Positions 1-12,930 are shown, counted from the first letter of the whole stretch. The stretch is DNA of 63,906 bases, filler included, from Choristocarpus tenellus KU-1152 (GCA_964200185.2; 10 parts of 10 records of this genome joined end to end with filler, not necessarily neighbours in it), one strand, 5' to 3'. A program made the numbers and translations. The notes: generated by a model from the sequence alone, not told the origin.

Positions 1-49
1 CCCCCCCCCTCCCAGATACTTTGGGTCTCCCATTTACTGAAAGGGAACG

Positions 50-240
50 CAGCATGGATAGCAAGACTCGGGTAGTGTACACTGCAAGGATGTCAACATC
101 ATCGAGATTTAAATCTACAAACACAATTGCCTCGTTTTTGCTTCCCAGGCATTGATTTTTTATAGGAGAACGTCCAGGCTTACTTCCACCTTCCCAATAC
201 TTCAATACTTCCAGGGTTGTCGCTAACCATCGCTTTTGTG
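50..240 (-). pseudogene. Possible highly decayed Copia RT/RNase H junction fragment
   Basis: RWLATTLEVLKYWEGG...AIVFVDLN weakly resembles HWxAAxxVLxYLxGT...FVDAD. Confidence 0.25.
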
Positions 241-1398
241 AACGGGGGGGGGCACTTTAGCCATAGTTCTTCGTTATCTCCCTGAAGCAACATCTGTGCC
301 TACAAGACCAGGTGAACCACACAATGGAAGGATAAAGGAAGAATGTAATAAGGTGTTACTTTTGTTTTCTTGCTGTCGAGGAAGCAGAGCAGATATTTTC
401 GGTATTATCATGGACATTTGACATGCATGCAATACAAGGAACTAACCCATGTTCTGTCACGTTGTGTTTACACGGTATAACTGGCGTCGGGACGCCATGC
501 AAGCTCAGCGTCAAGTTTCGCTCTTGTCATGTGTGGATCTACCGTTGTATGTACCATCGCCAAATCCGCCATTGCAGCGGGGGACATAAAGCACCCTTCT
601 TCATTACACTGTTCTGTTACCATCCCCTTCCTGTTTCTTTTTTTTCCCAAATGACAATCCATCTAACATCTTACAAACACAATAATATATAACATTTCTT
701 GCTTTTTCCAACATTATTACAATCCTTTCCGAGACATGTTACAACTGTTTGTTGTACACGCACAAGAAGAGTAGGTAACAAAACAGAGAAACACAGCATT
801 ACAGGATGGAGAAGAGGACGTAGATGCGAAGACCATTGTGTATATCCCTGGGACATGTCACTGACCGTAAAAATGCATTGTATACTTAGTATATATATTC
901 TACCACACGAATATATGTTCGTTAATAAACATTACAAAGTAGTGGTTTTCAAAATTCCAATTTCCAAAACAAACAACTGTACAATAGTAGTAGTAATATC
1001 TTAAACTTTACAAGAAAATTGTGGACACATATAGTGGACTTGAACCAGTCTGTGTGGGCGTAAGTTCCTTCATGTTTAGATGTATGTATGAAGCAGTCAT
1101 GAAACAATCCTGTGTACAGATGTCTACCTTATTACACAAAGTAACATAATTATTTAGTAGACACGGCGAATTTGGTGGGATAATCGATCATCGTTTCACC
1201 GCTACGTTTTTAAAACACGAACAAAACGTCACTTTGACTTGCCAACACCATTTCAGGAATTACTACCAATATCTCTCTTGCGACGAGGCCCACTTTGGCG
1301 TCTTTAGTTATACATCTCTTGACCTTCGTAGAGTTGTACCGGGCGTCAGTACTGATTGCTTTGCCGTTTTGGGACGTTGGGTTGATAGGAGGCCCAGG

Positions 1399-3154
1399 AT
1401 GGAGGACGTAAAGGTGGATCTGGAAGACAGAAATCGCGATGACTCCCTTGTGTTTGGGAAAAGGTTGGTCACTACCAGCCGCCCCCTCTTGTTGTAAGAC
1501 AAACTCCGCTCCCATCAGATGAGTGAAAGCGTTATCTCACTACCAACCCACTGGAAATCCAATGATTTTCCTATTTTTTTCAGGGATGCAACAATCCAGG
1601 AGTTGGCGTTCATGGATGTGAGTTATACGGTGGAGACCACCATTCCTGGGAAGCGACGTGACAAGAGGGAGCCAGAGACCCTGCAGGTCCTTCATAGTAT
1701 CTCTGGGCAAGCCGACTCCAAGGAGATGTTGGCGCTGGTGAGGTTACTTAAGGCAGTACTATGTGTTCGTACAACTCAGGATATTAGAGGGGGCCCCATT
1801 GGTGCAGATAGGTGGAGTGCCTCCTATATATAGTTTTGTGGGTATCGATCTCATTGTCAGTTTCGGGAAAGTACCACCAAAAGCGTAATAATTGGAGCAG
1901 GTAAATGTGGAATACGTAACTCCCTAACTTATGCGATCGAACTTCTGTCCAAACAGACAAATATTAAGGTTCCCTATTACACTGCTCGACTGTACTGAAC
2001 GATAGCAGATTTCGCAATAACTCAAAACCCAGCCCCTGGAGGAACGTCTGAAATTGAACGAACCAATGACTTTCAACCAACTCACTGCGCATTTTTACAC
2101 CTGCTCATCACTTGATAATATGGGATAGGAAGAGAGACAGAGCGGGATGATCGTGATCTGCTCCATTCCAGCTTAGTTCGAAGATGAGGGATCGGCTGAC
2201 ACTAGAATGCCCTGCACAGAGTTATTTGTTGCTCCTCGTATCCCTTTTCCATTCCTCAGTTGTATTCGAAATTATGTGCAGATGGGACCGTCAGGGAGTG
2301 GGAAGACGAGCCTCCTCAATGTGCTTGCGCAAAGAGTGCCGCAAAAGTCCGTATCTGGATCTATATACGTGGATGGGAGTCCTTTGAGCAAGTCGTTCAA
2401 GCGCAAAATGGGCTTTGTGTTTCAGGCGAGACATAGTAGAACATTTCCTCGAATATTACATTAGATTACCAGAAAATCACACAAAATTGTGATGTGCTTG
2501 ACTTTCCCTCTCTGAGGACCTCTAAGTCTGGGCTGACTCCCCAACCCTTTCCCCTTAATATATGTTATTTATCTTATGTTATTATGTTGATGTTGGGGGC
2601 CGATCTCTATTCTAGGCAACCTCTTCTTGTGCTGTGTGTATTGAGCTAAAATGAAGGATCAGTATAGCCAAATACAAGGTACAAGATAGGTGGATATGAT
2701 TTTGCTGAGATTTGTCTTGATTCATAAGAGTATTCGTATTGGCCCTACCTTCCTTTCCTTCCTTTCCTTCCTTCCTTCTTTGCACGGGTGCCAGAAAAAC
2801 CCTTGTTAATGGTTGCAATTTGGGGTCACTTATTCATTGGTACTGTCCCAAATTTTTGGTACCATCCCTGAGTGATAGGTCACGATCTTCTGCTTGTGAT
2901 TGTAACCCAGTGTGGGGAATATCATAGAATATTGGCTGCACTCTGTGATATCAAAGGTCTGTTGGGGCAGTGCTTACCCGCTGTACTGTGTTATTTTTCC
3001 TCTACACAATAGTAGCACCTTTCAAGCCTTCCCCCCTTCCTCTCCACCCCTCCTCCCTCTCCCTGTTCCCAACCCGAATTAGGATGATCTGTGCTTGTGG
3101 AACCTGACCGCGAGGGAGACAGTGATGTTTGCAGCAAAGCTCCGACTCCCCCAG
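1399..3154 (+). CDS. ABCG (White-like) ABC transporter, 5' part; exons 1399-1463, 1584-1737, 2282-2425, 3083-3154
   Basis: Phase-consistent splicing gives ...VLHSISGQADSKEMLAL|MGPSGSGKTSLLNVLA (Walker A)...KMGFVFQ|DDLCLWNLTARETVMFAAKLRLPQ (ABCG Q-loop region). Truncated by the contig end. Confidence 0.92.
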
Positions 3155-3647
3155 GTGATAAAGGAAGGAGGGAGTGGAGGGCAGGGCAGGGCAGGGGAGG
3201 GGAGGGTCGGAAAAGAAGATGGTGAATATGTAAGGCGTAAAGTACTAATGCTACGAAGTGCGAGGAAGGGAGAGACCAGGGGTGGGCAAGAAGCAAAAAC
3301 CAATATGTTGGCCTGGCCCAGGCAACCTCTTGGCTTTCTGGGGGGGGGGGTTCTTGTCAGAGGACTCTCGGGAAGGTCGTGAGAATGTGATCCTGGTTTG
3401 ACTGTCTTTACAAATCTGTCTACAAGAGTATAAAGACCTTGTTAATCAGCTTGGCTTTCAAAGGGTCTGTTGCAGACATTGCTGTTCTGTAGCAAGAGTG
3501 ATGGTATATATATATATATATATACTTGAGCATACTGTGTTTTGTCCATGTCATGCATATATCAATCTTGTTGCACCTTACACCTTCCTCCCCTCCCCCC
3601 CTCTCCCACCCGCTCACAAAAGTGCTCGACGCGCCCAGTCTTTCTCT

Positions 3648-3747
3648 NNNNNNNNNNNNNNNNNNNNNNNNNNNNNNNNNNNNNNNNNNNNTTAATTAAT
3701 TAANNNNNNNNNNNNNNNNNNNNNNNNNNNNNNNNNNNNNNNNNNNN
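3648..3747. other. Artificial contig linker N44-TTAATTAATTAA-N44; also at 7771-7870, 12338-12437, 21775-21874, 25761-25860, 35674-35773, 51165-51264, 56148-56247, 60766-60865
   Basis: Identical 100-nt spacer containing a six-frame stop linker, present nine times. Confidence 0.99.
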
Positions 3748-4526
3748 GGGGGGGTCGGATTAGGGCTGATACTTCTTTTCCTTTTCACCGGGTATTACAT
3801 CTGTTAGGCTTAGGGTCAGGGTTGGGGATGTTTCTTGCTGCATAGCAGAAGTATCACAGGTATGGCTAAAGTTGATATCATCTTGGAATGATGCCCGCAA
3901 ACCTCATACATCAATTCATCAAACGCACACGGGGAAAACAATTACAGAGATTTTTTTCTTTTCACTGAACTGTCTACGTTCCAACGTCCAACACAAAACC
4001 AGCTAGTCACACGACAAGAGCTGACATGAAACCATGCTCACCAAGCATTACATGTAAGAACAAAATATGCATATGACTGAATTGTTTCCCCTTCCTCATC
4101 GATCGACTCGTGGGAGACACGCCTTCGTACCTCTTTTTGGTTTACTACATTTGAAAACGTGACAACCTCCAAACCCAACAGTTTATACCCAAAGTCAAAA
4201 ACAGAAGTACGACCTTACTCCTTGAAGTGGAGCTTCCTTTCATCTCGTCTACTCCGGCACCTTCAGTAATCACTCTTACTCCCAGTATCTTGTCATGCCA
4301 TCCCATTCACCATAATAGATAGCACAGTGTGGCGCCAGGTCAACCATCTGCAAAAGTCAAGCATTACTAGGAAAAAACAACGTATCCAAATATGTCCTTG
4401 CCTAAAGTAAATGTTGTAGGCAATCCTTGGCAGTGGAAAATAGTACACCCTGCTCAAAACGTTAGAATCTCATTCTTCCTAACAACCGGAATGTATATAC
4501 TTCGAAGCATAAAATTATCTATTCAC

Positions 4527-6024
4527 CTGCCGGGATCTGCAATCCACCAGCAACACTCTCCCATAGTCATCTGCAGCTGCTACCAGCCGTCCTGAGGGAT
4601 CAACACACAGTTGTGTCACCCTCCTTCGATGATCCTCAAGTGCCCCATCCCAACGAAGCACTAGCGGGGCTGGTGTTGCCCCATTCTCGTCTTCAGTTGA
4701 CCTGGAACCCCTACCCCACAGCCCAACAAGACCGAAAATGCCTCCAATGGCCCCTGTAGTCAAGGCAGTCACTTTGGATGCCACAGCCCATGCCAGGCTT
4801 GCGAGTCCAATGGTTCGCACCTCTGATCCAATAGGGTAGAGTGCAAGTGCAGGGGATACTCCCGAGGTGAGTAGGAGGTGGGTGCAACGGTCAGGACGTA
4901 GCTCAAATAACCCAGGGGGTGCAGGGCAGGCGACAACATCTGTTATCTCAGTCTGCCCTTCCAGCTGGAGCTTGGCGAATGATGGGGACGGAGTATCGGG
5001 GGAGTCTGCCTCAAGAGGTACCCCAGCAGGGGTCATGGGAGTGGATAGATTGTCTGCTGCTGAAGGGTCGCCTCCCCTGGGGAGTATTTCCCTAGGGTGT
5101 GGGAGAGTGTGCATGGGTTGTTGTGAGTTGGAGTGGGGGAAGGGAACAAGCGAAGAGCAGTCTTTGGGTTGATCTATCGGGACATGAGGGACAAGCTTCG
5201 CCGCCAAGATGGTGCGATAGCCCAACCAGTCGAATGGCCTCATAATCAAGCAGGAAGCATAAATTGTCTGACGCACAAGCATGAAGTCTAACACTCGAGT
5301 TCCATTTCCTCATGTTTCCTGATATATGCACACACCTTGACATGGCCATCAGCGATTCCACAGACACGCACACTACTATACGGTCATCGTAGAGCACCCA
5401 GAGCGTCAGGGTTTCGTTGCCCCCCACACTTCCCTCTCTATCACCTGTAACACCTTCTCCAGAAAGTCGGATGCGCAATACGGACCTCTCTCCACTACCA
5501 CTACCACCTGACCCATGAAACCGCTTGGAGACAGCGATCCTCCACCTGCCCTGGCGACTCCCAACAACACTAGAAAGTAACGCGGAAGCCCGATCTCTTC
5601 CTCCCTGCTCTTCCTCAGTCCCTGCAATTAATACAAGCATTCCATCCTCCAGGCCGCAAGCTAGGTGGTGCTCGTCCAGCCACTGAAGTGCAGTTACGGG
5701 TGCATCTAATGGGATTTTAGGAACGGAGTCCAGTCGTTGACCATCTGGAGAGTCGTTCTCTCCCCATCTCGTAGCCTGACCGGAAGCAGGCACGATGTAA
5801 ACGAGGAACTTAGGTGTAGGTGACTCAACTGTAACGTCGGGTGCATCCGGTTGGGGTGTGTATGGGCTCTGATTTGGAGGTTTGTCTAAAGCAAAAGCAA
5901 GTTGCATCCCAGACGGCGAAACAACAGCTGTTCGAGGGATTGAGACGGATATTTTCGACGAGCTGGAAGTTGCGGCGAATAGATCCGATCCATTGCCTGG
6001 ATCCAAGGGGAATCGCAACGCCAT
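4527..6024 (-). CDS. RAB3GAP2: Rab3 GTPase-activating protein non-catalytic subunit, N-terminal part; exons 6024-5336 and 5091-4527
   Basis: LEDHRRRVTQLCVDPSGRLVAAADDYGRVLLVD matches the conserved RAB3GAP2 N-domain motif (D-x-RR...L-x-P...LAA-x-x-DD-F/Y-GRV-x-L-x-D). The phase-2 GT-AG intron joins the exons in frame. Confidence 0.8.
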
Positions 6025-6417
6025 GTCGCGGAAAAGAGATTTGCAAGGTTGACTATGTCTTATGTTCAACTCGAAGGGGGTAACAAGAGAAAGGAATGTG
6101 TTCGAAAGGCTTGGAAGGCGTCGTCGCAATCTGGTTATAGCGAGAAGTTTTGTACGGCATTGATCGCCGAGAAGGAAGTAATGCAAACCTGTTGATGGCG
6201 GCAAAGGGTTGCTGCTGTCAAGGGCTGGACAAAAGGCAGAAGATATTTCATTGAGAAACTCTGCAAATTCCTCAAGGTGGAAGGTCTAGTGCGAGGGAGG
6301 GTTGTTATCTTCGCCATAGGCAAAGTAGAAGCCCCTCCCCGAGGCACAGAGATTCTTCTCCATCCTCTGCACCTGATTAGAAGGTCAAGCACGCCGTGAA
6401 ACTCAACCTGTTGAGAA

Positions 6418-6448
<31 letters not shown>

Positions 6449-6458
6449 GGAATAGATA

Positions 6459-6990
6459 ATGGAGGCTATCGTGACTCGTGCGTTGACCAAGATTGTGGCT
6501 GACTGCCCAAGGAAGCAAAGCACCCTCAAGGCATCCTGCAGGGAGGCATTAGGTAAATTATTTGTAACTTACTTTCCCTAAGGGCTGTGACTTGGAACTA
6601 CCAGGGTGTTCAAAACCTTCACCGGAATGTGCAATCAGCGATAAGAGATTGTCGTTTTTGTACAAAGTCAGATGATCGCAACAGCATCTATCCGCAATGG
6701 TTCTTCAGTTGATCCTTGTTTTCGATGCATCGATGCCCCCCTCCCCCAAAAGTCTACAAAACCTGCTCTCAATTGGTTGTGTGTTTGCCATGATACCTGG
6801 CCTCCTAAAACATCGGAACACTCCAATCCCCTACACCGTGATGGCAGCCGTCATCGAAGAGGAGCAGAGGCAAAGGTTGGAGGGGGAGGCCCCCAGCACC
6901 GATGCTAACAAGTACATCCCTATTCTCTTGGCGGCGTGCGAGTCTAGGTCCTCGAAGCTAGTGACAACTGCACTCGATGCAATTGTTAAG
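6459..6990 (+). CDS. BIG/Sec7 large Arf-GEF, N-terminal DCB domain; exons 6459-6552, 6848-6990
   Basis: MEAIVTRALTKIVADCPRKQSTLKASCREAL|A...DANKYIPILLAACESRSSKLVTTALDAIVK parallels the BIG1/2 N-terminus (TRALEKILAD...LRKACEVAL; DADKYFLPFELACQSK...SLDCLQK). Phase-1 GT-AG intron. Confidence 0.85.
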
Positions 6991-7879
6991 GTGTGGGTTT
7001 GAGTAAAGTCATGCTATGAGTGTTTGATGTTACTGAAGGTGGAAGGAGTAGTACGAGATGAATGATGCAAAGGCAAGCTATGTGGTGACTGTTAGGACTT
7101 GGCTGTTTCATGCTGGTGGACTGGGTTGGCTCCCACATGTCCAACGCATTGGTAGTCATGCTTCATGCTGTTGTGCTTTGATATCCTGGATGAAAAATAG
7201 AGAGGGAATGCATTCCAAACGTGGTGTATTAGATGTAATATTACATTCCTCCCTTGTAGCATATGCAATCTCACTGCACCTTATGTCTTTCGAACAGATT
7301 TGCGCCCGTGGGTATGCTACTCTTTGTGATATGCACAAACACACTTTCGGAGCTGCACATACACATATTGCACCATAGTGTTCCCAACAAGTTGTTTGAT
7401 ACGCTGAAGTGCCCACCTCTGCAATACATGAGCACCTTACTTCTCAATAAGTACACAACGGCATCTGATTTGGGTGGATGTATCAGGGGTTTAAACCTCA
7501 TCTCTTATTTATATTCGTGTCAAACCTCGATTTGAGACAGCAATGAAACACCAAATTTATAGAGTATAAGAAAAGAAACAGCACTCAGCGCTGATTGCAT
7601 GTTGGGTGGTCAAGTCAAACCCCAGAATGGAGAGTTGAGCACCTACAGTTTTGCGTCCAGTGGTCTAGCCCCATGCAAAAACGTTAACGGTGTACTGCTT
7701 GCCCTCCACCAAAATGTGGAAGAAAATCCTCCTCCCTCCCACCCCCTTCACTCTCTATTCCTCACCTTCCNNNNNNNNNNNNNNNNNNNNNNNNNNNNNN
7801 NNNNNNNNNNNNNNTTAATTAATTAANNNNNNNNNNNNNNNNNNNNNNNNNNNNNNNNNNNNNNNNNNNNGTCGCCAGC

Positions 7880-8065
7880 AGGGGGTCTACACCAGGGGGT
7901 CTATACCAGGGTGTCCATTCAGGCCTAATAAAGAGAAATGAGCTTACATTATCCATCCGAAGCATTATCCATCCGACGCTTGCAACCAAATCGCCCAAAA
8001 AACCGTGACATGGAAAAATGGGCTCTGAATGGACAGCCGTCACCTCCCCCAAGATACTTGGAGCC
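7880..8065. mobile_element. MITE family A (about 200 bp; ends G[A/G]nnnAAAGTATCT followed by G tracts); partial copies at 1-27, 25861-25889, 35579-35673, 48345-48450, 56058-56147, 60741-60765, 60866-60893
   Basis: Shared blocks GGGGTCTACACCAG, CATTATCCATCCGA, TGCAACCAA, AATGGACAGCCG and CCCCAGATACTTTG recur in both orientations. Confidence 0.75.
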
Positions 8066-9150
8066 CTTCTGTGCAGACTGGCCCCTACCTGGACGAACAT
8101 TTTGGAGGAATAGGGCAGTTTGGCATTGGGGTTCCAAATGGTGTTGGGCGTGCCCTACTGGACATTCACCTAGGATATGAGTGTGGCGAATGGGTCATCA
8201 CCCTAGATGGAAAAAACTCCATCAAGGGCATACACCGCTTGGCCTTCAGTGAGGCTCTCCCTGAGACTCTATCAGGAATCCTACCTTATGTATCCAAGGT
8301 ATTGGGATCACCCACAATCTTTCGTCCCCCTGGGTGAGGGATGAAGATGATGCCATCAACATCAGGGGCACAACAAAGGGATCCCCTTGCCCCCCTCCTC
8401 TACTGCATGTAGATTATGGATACAAATATCTTAGAGGGTACGAGTTTTGCCCTGTTTATCCATTTGGTGCTTGGCTTCACATGTTTTTTTTAATGACATT
8501 TTACTTACTCTGAAATGTTTGGGAGTAGGTAAAATGTATACCTTATGAACAGGTGTGTCAGGAACAAGCATATTGACACTTTCTAACAACACGATAGCCA
8601 AAATAACATCAAAATCGCAACATTGGGTTTTAGCTCCCATATGAACGCGGTCCTACCCTCTAATATACTTTGGCTCTATCAAACGTCTACAGCAGAACCA
8701 GTCTATCTTTGGACCCCAGGAGATCTCCTCACGAAGTTATCTGGATGGCACATCCATTTCCGCAAGTGAGATCAACGGTACTATAGCTGCTTTTGAGCAC
8801 ATGAAAACATGTGTACATGAGGTAGGCATCGTTCTTGACGTGGATAAGACCTTTGCTGCACCTGCCCAGGGTCACCAGCCTACACTCCCAGAACTGGAAC
8901 TCTTAGCCAGAGCGGGAATCAACCTGGCCTCAGAACCAAATGGTCTTGTTACAGTAGGGGCTCCAGTGGAGACAAGTGAATCAACCCAAGCCCGCATGGC
9001 GGGAGTGATGTTGAGGAGGGCGGGCAAGTCAGCTGCATCAAGTCCGATGCTACACATGGCTCTATAGAACTGATGCTCAGACCAGCCACAACTGCCGACA
9101 GGTACGAACCTGCACCTGCCGAATATGCAGTAGTCCCGCGCCCCGTACCT
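8066..9150 (+). pseudogene. Degenerate CRE-like non-LTR retrotransposon reverse transcriptase, interrupted by a MITE
   Basis: GQFGIGVPNG...VITLDGKNS...LPYV...SGAQQRDPLAPLLYC (GxQQGDPL motif), then after the MITE SYLDGT (YLDD-like)...VGIVLDVDKT...LVTVGAPV. Contains stops and frameshifts. Confidence 0.7.
8419..8676. mobile_element. MITE family B copy
   Basis: TIR TATCTTAGAGGGTA...TACCCTCTAATATA; near-TSD TATG/TATC. Confidence 0.85.
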
Positions 9151-9164
9151 TTGTCGGTCATATT

Positions 9165-9285
9165 CTAAAACACTTCAGAGGGTAGGAGTTTACCTCTGTC
9201 CGTTTGGGTCTTGGCTTCACACGTTTTTTATACTCATTTCTCGGTTTTCTGTGCACACAATTACTTACTCCAAAATGTTTTGTAG
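9165..9285. mobile_element. MITE family B partial copy; another internal partial with a local duplication at about 10845-11100
   Basis: CAGAGGGTAGGAGTTT...GTCCGTTTGGGTCTTGGCTTC and AAAGGTGTATCCGGA...GATAGCCAA...GACCCCAAACGGA blocks match family B. Confidence 0.65.
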
Positions 9286-10196
9286 TAAAGTGGTGTACTA
9301 CTAGCTTCGCCCTCTGTGACAATCTTGATTTTTTTCACCATATAGCCGCAACAGATATACGACAATATATATATCAAATGAAAGGGTATGACAAGAACAT
9401 TTAAAGATCTGTATCCACGAAGGTCCAGGCTTCGGGGAACGGGAGCTGTATCCCGCTCAAATAATGGAAAAACGCGGGGGAATATCTCTGCCGCAATTTT
9501 GAAGGTCACGACTTTAAAACGGACAAAAATGAAGTGGTTGGCAGAACTCCTTCCAGAAACCTGGTTGGCGATAGGTCCCTGCTCAAGTTTGGCTGATGCG
9601 GCTTTACCGATTTTTTTCAAGATGTTCGGACATCTTTTTAACGCCTTTTGCAGACTTTCTGTGAGGACACACTCACGTGACTTACACAGCAACATGAACC
9701 GCAACGGAGAGATAAGGAGAGTCGCCGAGGCCACTCTGCCCTCTGGATCTACCCTCCGCACATTCTCTGTCCAAAGGGGGCGGAAAAACAAGTACCGTGT
9801 GAAACCCATAGCGAAGTTAGGTGACGAGAAAGTGCGAGTAGTGTGGTGTAGCCGCATGATCAAGTCGCGAAGTGGACGACGCGGTTGCGACACTGACGCC
9901 GAGAGAAGATGCATGGAAAGCATTACCACACAAACATGGTTGGATCTTCAACCACATCGGAGCAATGCTCTGCAGTCTCTGCTGCCTCGGGAAAGAAGGA
10001 AGAGATCAGCGAGTCCATCACCAGGTGTGGTACAGTGATGAAGTCTGTGGAGAAACCTGGTCACGGTGGGCGTAGGGAGAACCAGAGTGACCGGCCGAAG
10101 GGAAGGTTGGGGAGGAGAGCAGTGTGACTACGTGACATTGCGCTCAGGAAACACCTAAGTGAAAACCCGGGTGTAGAATATCTTAGTACTTGACAG

Positions 10197-10600
10197 TTGC
10201 AGCAGGCCCTGGTTGATTGGAACCTGTGCACGTCAGAGTGGCTTAAGGAAACGAGAGAGAAGGTGTTAGGGTTGGGCTACAAGGGCTCTGAATCCCGAAA
10301 GAAGATAACCCATTTCTGCAACTCAACGAGGAAATGTGATAATAAAGGCTCTAAAACTGCGAATCCTGTACCTGTGTATGAACGATGGGAAAGACTGTCA
10401 AACGGCGCTCGAGATGGCAGGAGGATATGCGATGGTTAGGTCGGAAACTATGAGTAAATGGGAGAGAGACTTCCTAACTAAGAGTCACATCAAAGTGTCG
10501 GAGCAAGGGCACGACGAGAGACGTTTCTTTCTGGGCCTCGACGAGGACATCCTTGTAGAGGTCAAAGAGTGGGTACATGAACACACAGGGAGAAAGGGTA
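10197..10600 (+). pseudogene. Degenerate DNA transposase N-terminal fragment (IS630/Tc1-mariner-like)
   Basis: ETMSKWERDFLTKSHIKVSEQGHDERRFFLGLDEDILVEVKEWVHE resembles the W-x-R-x-F...S-x-x-G-x-H...DED...W-x-R segment of large eukaryotic IS630-like transposases. Frameshifted; catalytic region not seen. Confidence 0.45.
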
Positions 10601-11744
10601 GGAGGTTTTTTCCCCTCTAAGCCCTATACTTTAATCGAGTAAAAGTATATCTTCGAATCCCAAAATGACTGCTCTTTCTTCAAAAAAAGAAAAAAAATTA
10701 TGAAACAATACGAAGCCGCTACTCTGGAGGGCATTGTGACGGGCATCACGAATATGCTTTTATGTTTTTAATCCGATGTCTATGTCAAAGGTTATGACGG
10801 GACAACCCCAGGCGCATAAGAGCTATCAGTACCACCACATGGGTAAAATCACAAGTGTGAAAGGTGTATCCGGAGCAAGGATGTTGACTCTTGCTAACAA
10901 ACACGATAGCCAATATTACAACAAAATCATAACACTGGATTTATGACCCCAAACGGATACGGCCCTAACCTCTGAAATACTATGGATCCCATGTTTTGCA
11001 CGGTTGTGGACAACACAATAGCCAGAATTACATAAGAATCGTCACCTTGGATTTATGACCCCGAACGGATGCGATTCTACTCTCTGAAATGCTTTGGATT
11101 CCATGTTTTGCACGATCGAGGACTTAGTCCCTGTGCTATGTATCAACCGTAACAAAGGTGGCCATAACACCGTATCAAAGAAAAACTTATTGAACAGGAC
11201 TTGTTGATGTCAAACGTCCTGGTTCTCCAACGCAGTTCTCAACAGTCTACCTTGCTATGGATGCGGTGGGTGTAGGCCTGCACATCCGCATTGGGAGTGT
11301 TGACGCGTACCACAATATCCAAACCACACTGTATACAGCATGAACGGGGGTGCAAATTCGTCAAAGGTGACTGTGTTAACCTCCGACCATGTACCCACAA
11401 CTCCCTTAAGAAAATCATTTGACAGACTCCCTCGATTCCCCTTGGGGACACAGAAAAGGGAGGAAGCAGAAACACAGCTCATCCAGGGTATTCCCATATG
11501 CTGCACTTGCAGAGGGCGGAAAATCCCCTATTGGGCATATACCTAAATGATATAACAGCGCACGAATGTCCTCAAGGGTACTGTCAAAGAGGCGTAATGC
11601 TTGAGTCTATTGCCTTCAATCACAAAAAGTAAATTTCAAGTCAGGCAAGCTGCTGTACTTGAGATCATCAGTTTTGAGGGAAGGAAAATGGGTAATGTGA
11701 GGGGCAACAGGGGCAGGGATAGCAGAAGACGAGGTGGACTAGTT

Positions 11745-12004
11745 GAGTGAAATAATCTAAGAGGGTACAAGTTTTGCCCTGTTTGTCCATTTAAACCTTG
11801 ACTTCCCACGGTGTATATTATGACATTTTCCTACTCCAAAACGTTTCGGAGGAGGTAAAATGTGTACGTTATGGAAAGGTGTGTCCGGAACATGGATATT
11901 GACACTTCCTAACAAACACAATTAGTCAAAATTACATCAAAATTGCAACATGGACTTTTGGCCCCCAAATGGACGCGGCTCTACCCTCTAAGATTCTTTG
12001 GCTC
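11745..12004. mobile_element. MITE family B, full copy with 4-bp TSD AGTT
   Basis: AGTT|GAGTGAAATAATCTAAGAGGGTA...TACCCTCTAAGATTCTTTGGCTC|AGTT. Confidence 0.92.
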
Positions 12005-12179
12005 AGTTAGCACCTGTCACAGCAGCCTTTTGGCGATGTTGACTATTCAGGTCCCGAAGCATCTTTATAGCTTTGACCACAACATGATGAGCCACTGTTA
12101 CAGGCGAATAGCGCGAGCATTTCTTCTTGTGTTCTAACAAAGTGCAAGCATTTGTTACACGCGAATAGCGCGAGCATTT

Positions 12180-12337
12180 GAGTGAAAGTATCTTAGAGGG
12201 TACGATTTTTGCCCTTTTTGTCCATTTGGGGCTTGACTTCCCCTGGTGTTTTCATTATATTTTACCTACTCCGAAATATTTCGGAGTAGGTAAAATGTGT
12301 ATGTTATAAAAAGGTGTGTCCAGAACATGGGTATTGA
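12180..12337. mobile_element. MITE family B, truncated by contig end
   Basis: Starts GAGTGAAAGTATCTTAGAGGGTACGATTTTTGCCC. Confidence 0.9.
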
Positions 12338-12930
12338 NNNNNNNNNNNNNNNNNNNNNNNNNNNNNNNNNNNNNNNNNNNNTTAATTAATTAANNNNNNN
12401 NNNNNNNNNNNNNNNNNNNNNNNNNNNNNNNNNNNNNCATACAACCAATATCAACCCAACCTACCACCACTGATCCAACTCAAGACCCCCCCCCCCTCCC
12501 CCCCTTCTCCACACCATTAACAACACTGACCTTCCAAGAACACAAGGAACTCAGCCCCACTGTTGCCCCAACCAGTATCAACCTACCTTACCCACTACCA
12601 TACCTGGTCAAGATCACCACCCTGACTTGCCCTTACCTTGCCAACATACCCACACAGCATCCTACCACCCACCTCACCCACCCAGAAGCTCCTTCCAGCA
12701 TACCTATACAAGTCCCTCCAAAATCACCCCACCCAAACACATGACCACATGAACCATCGCCCACATTCGCCACCCACTCAGCTCCCTTAAGCTGATGTTA
12801 AAATATAGGCTACTCATTCGATTTGCTTTGATATGATACAGCATCGTAAGTCCACACTGAATGTTGATTTGTCCATTGCAATGAGAGGAGCATATAAGCC
12901 CTTACACTTCACCATGCAGGGAAGATGAGT

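Noticed and set aside
3692-3703. Recurrent TTAATTAATTAA motif
   Set aside because: Artificial six-frame-stop linker inside N runs, not biological.
4215-4350. Candidate third RAB3GAP2 exon
   Set aside because: No frame gave the expected R-x-WKG-x-R continuation.
8431-8640. Recurring small ORFs containing VYILPTPKHF (also 32689, 50925, 51028, 56575)
   Set aside because: Chance translations of MITE family B; frames are not conserved between copies.
9261-9929. 222-aa minus-strand ORF and overlapping 216-aa plus-strand ORF as real genes
   Set aside because: No recognisable domain in either frame; they lie within decayed TE sequence.
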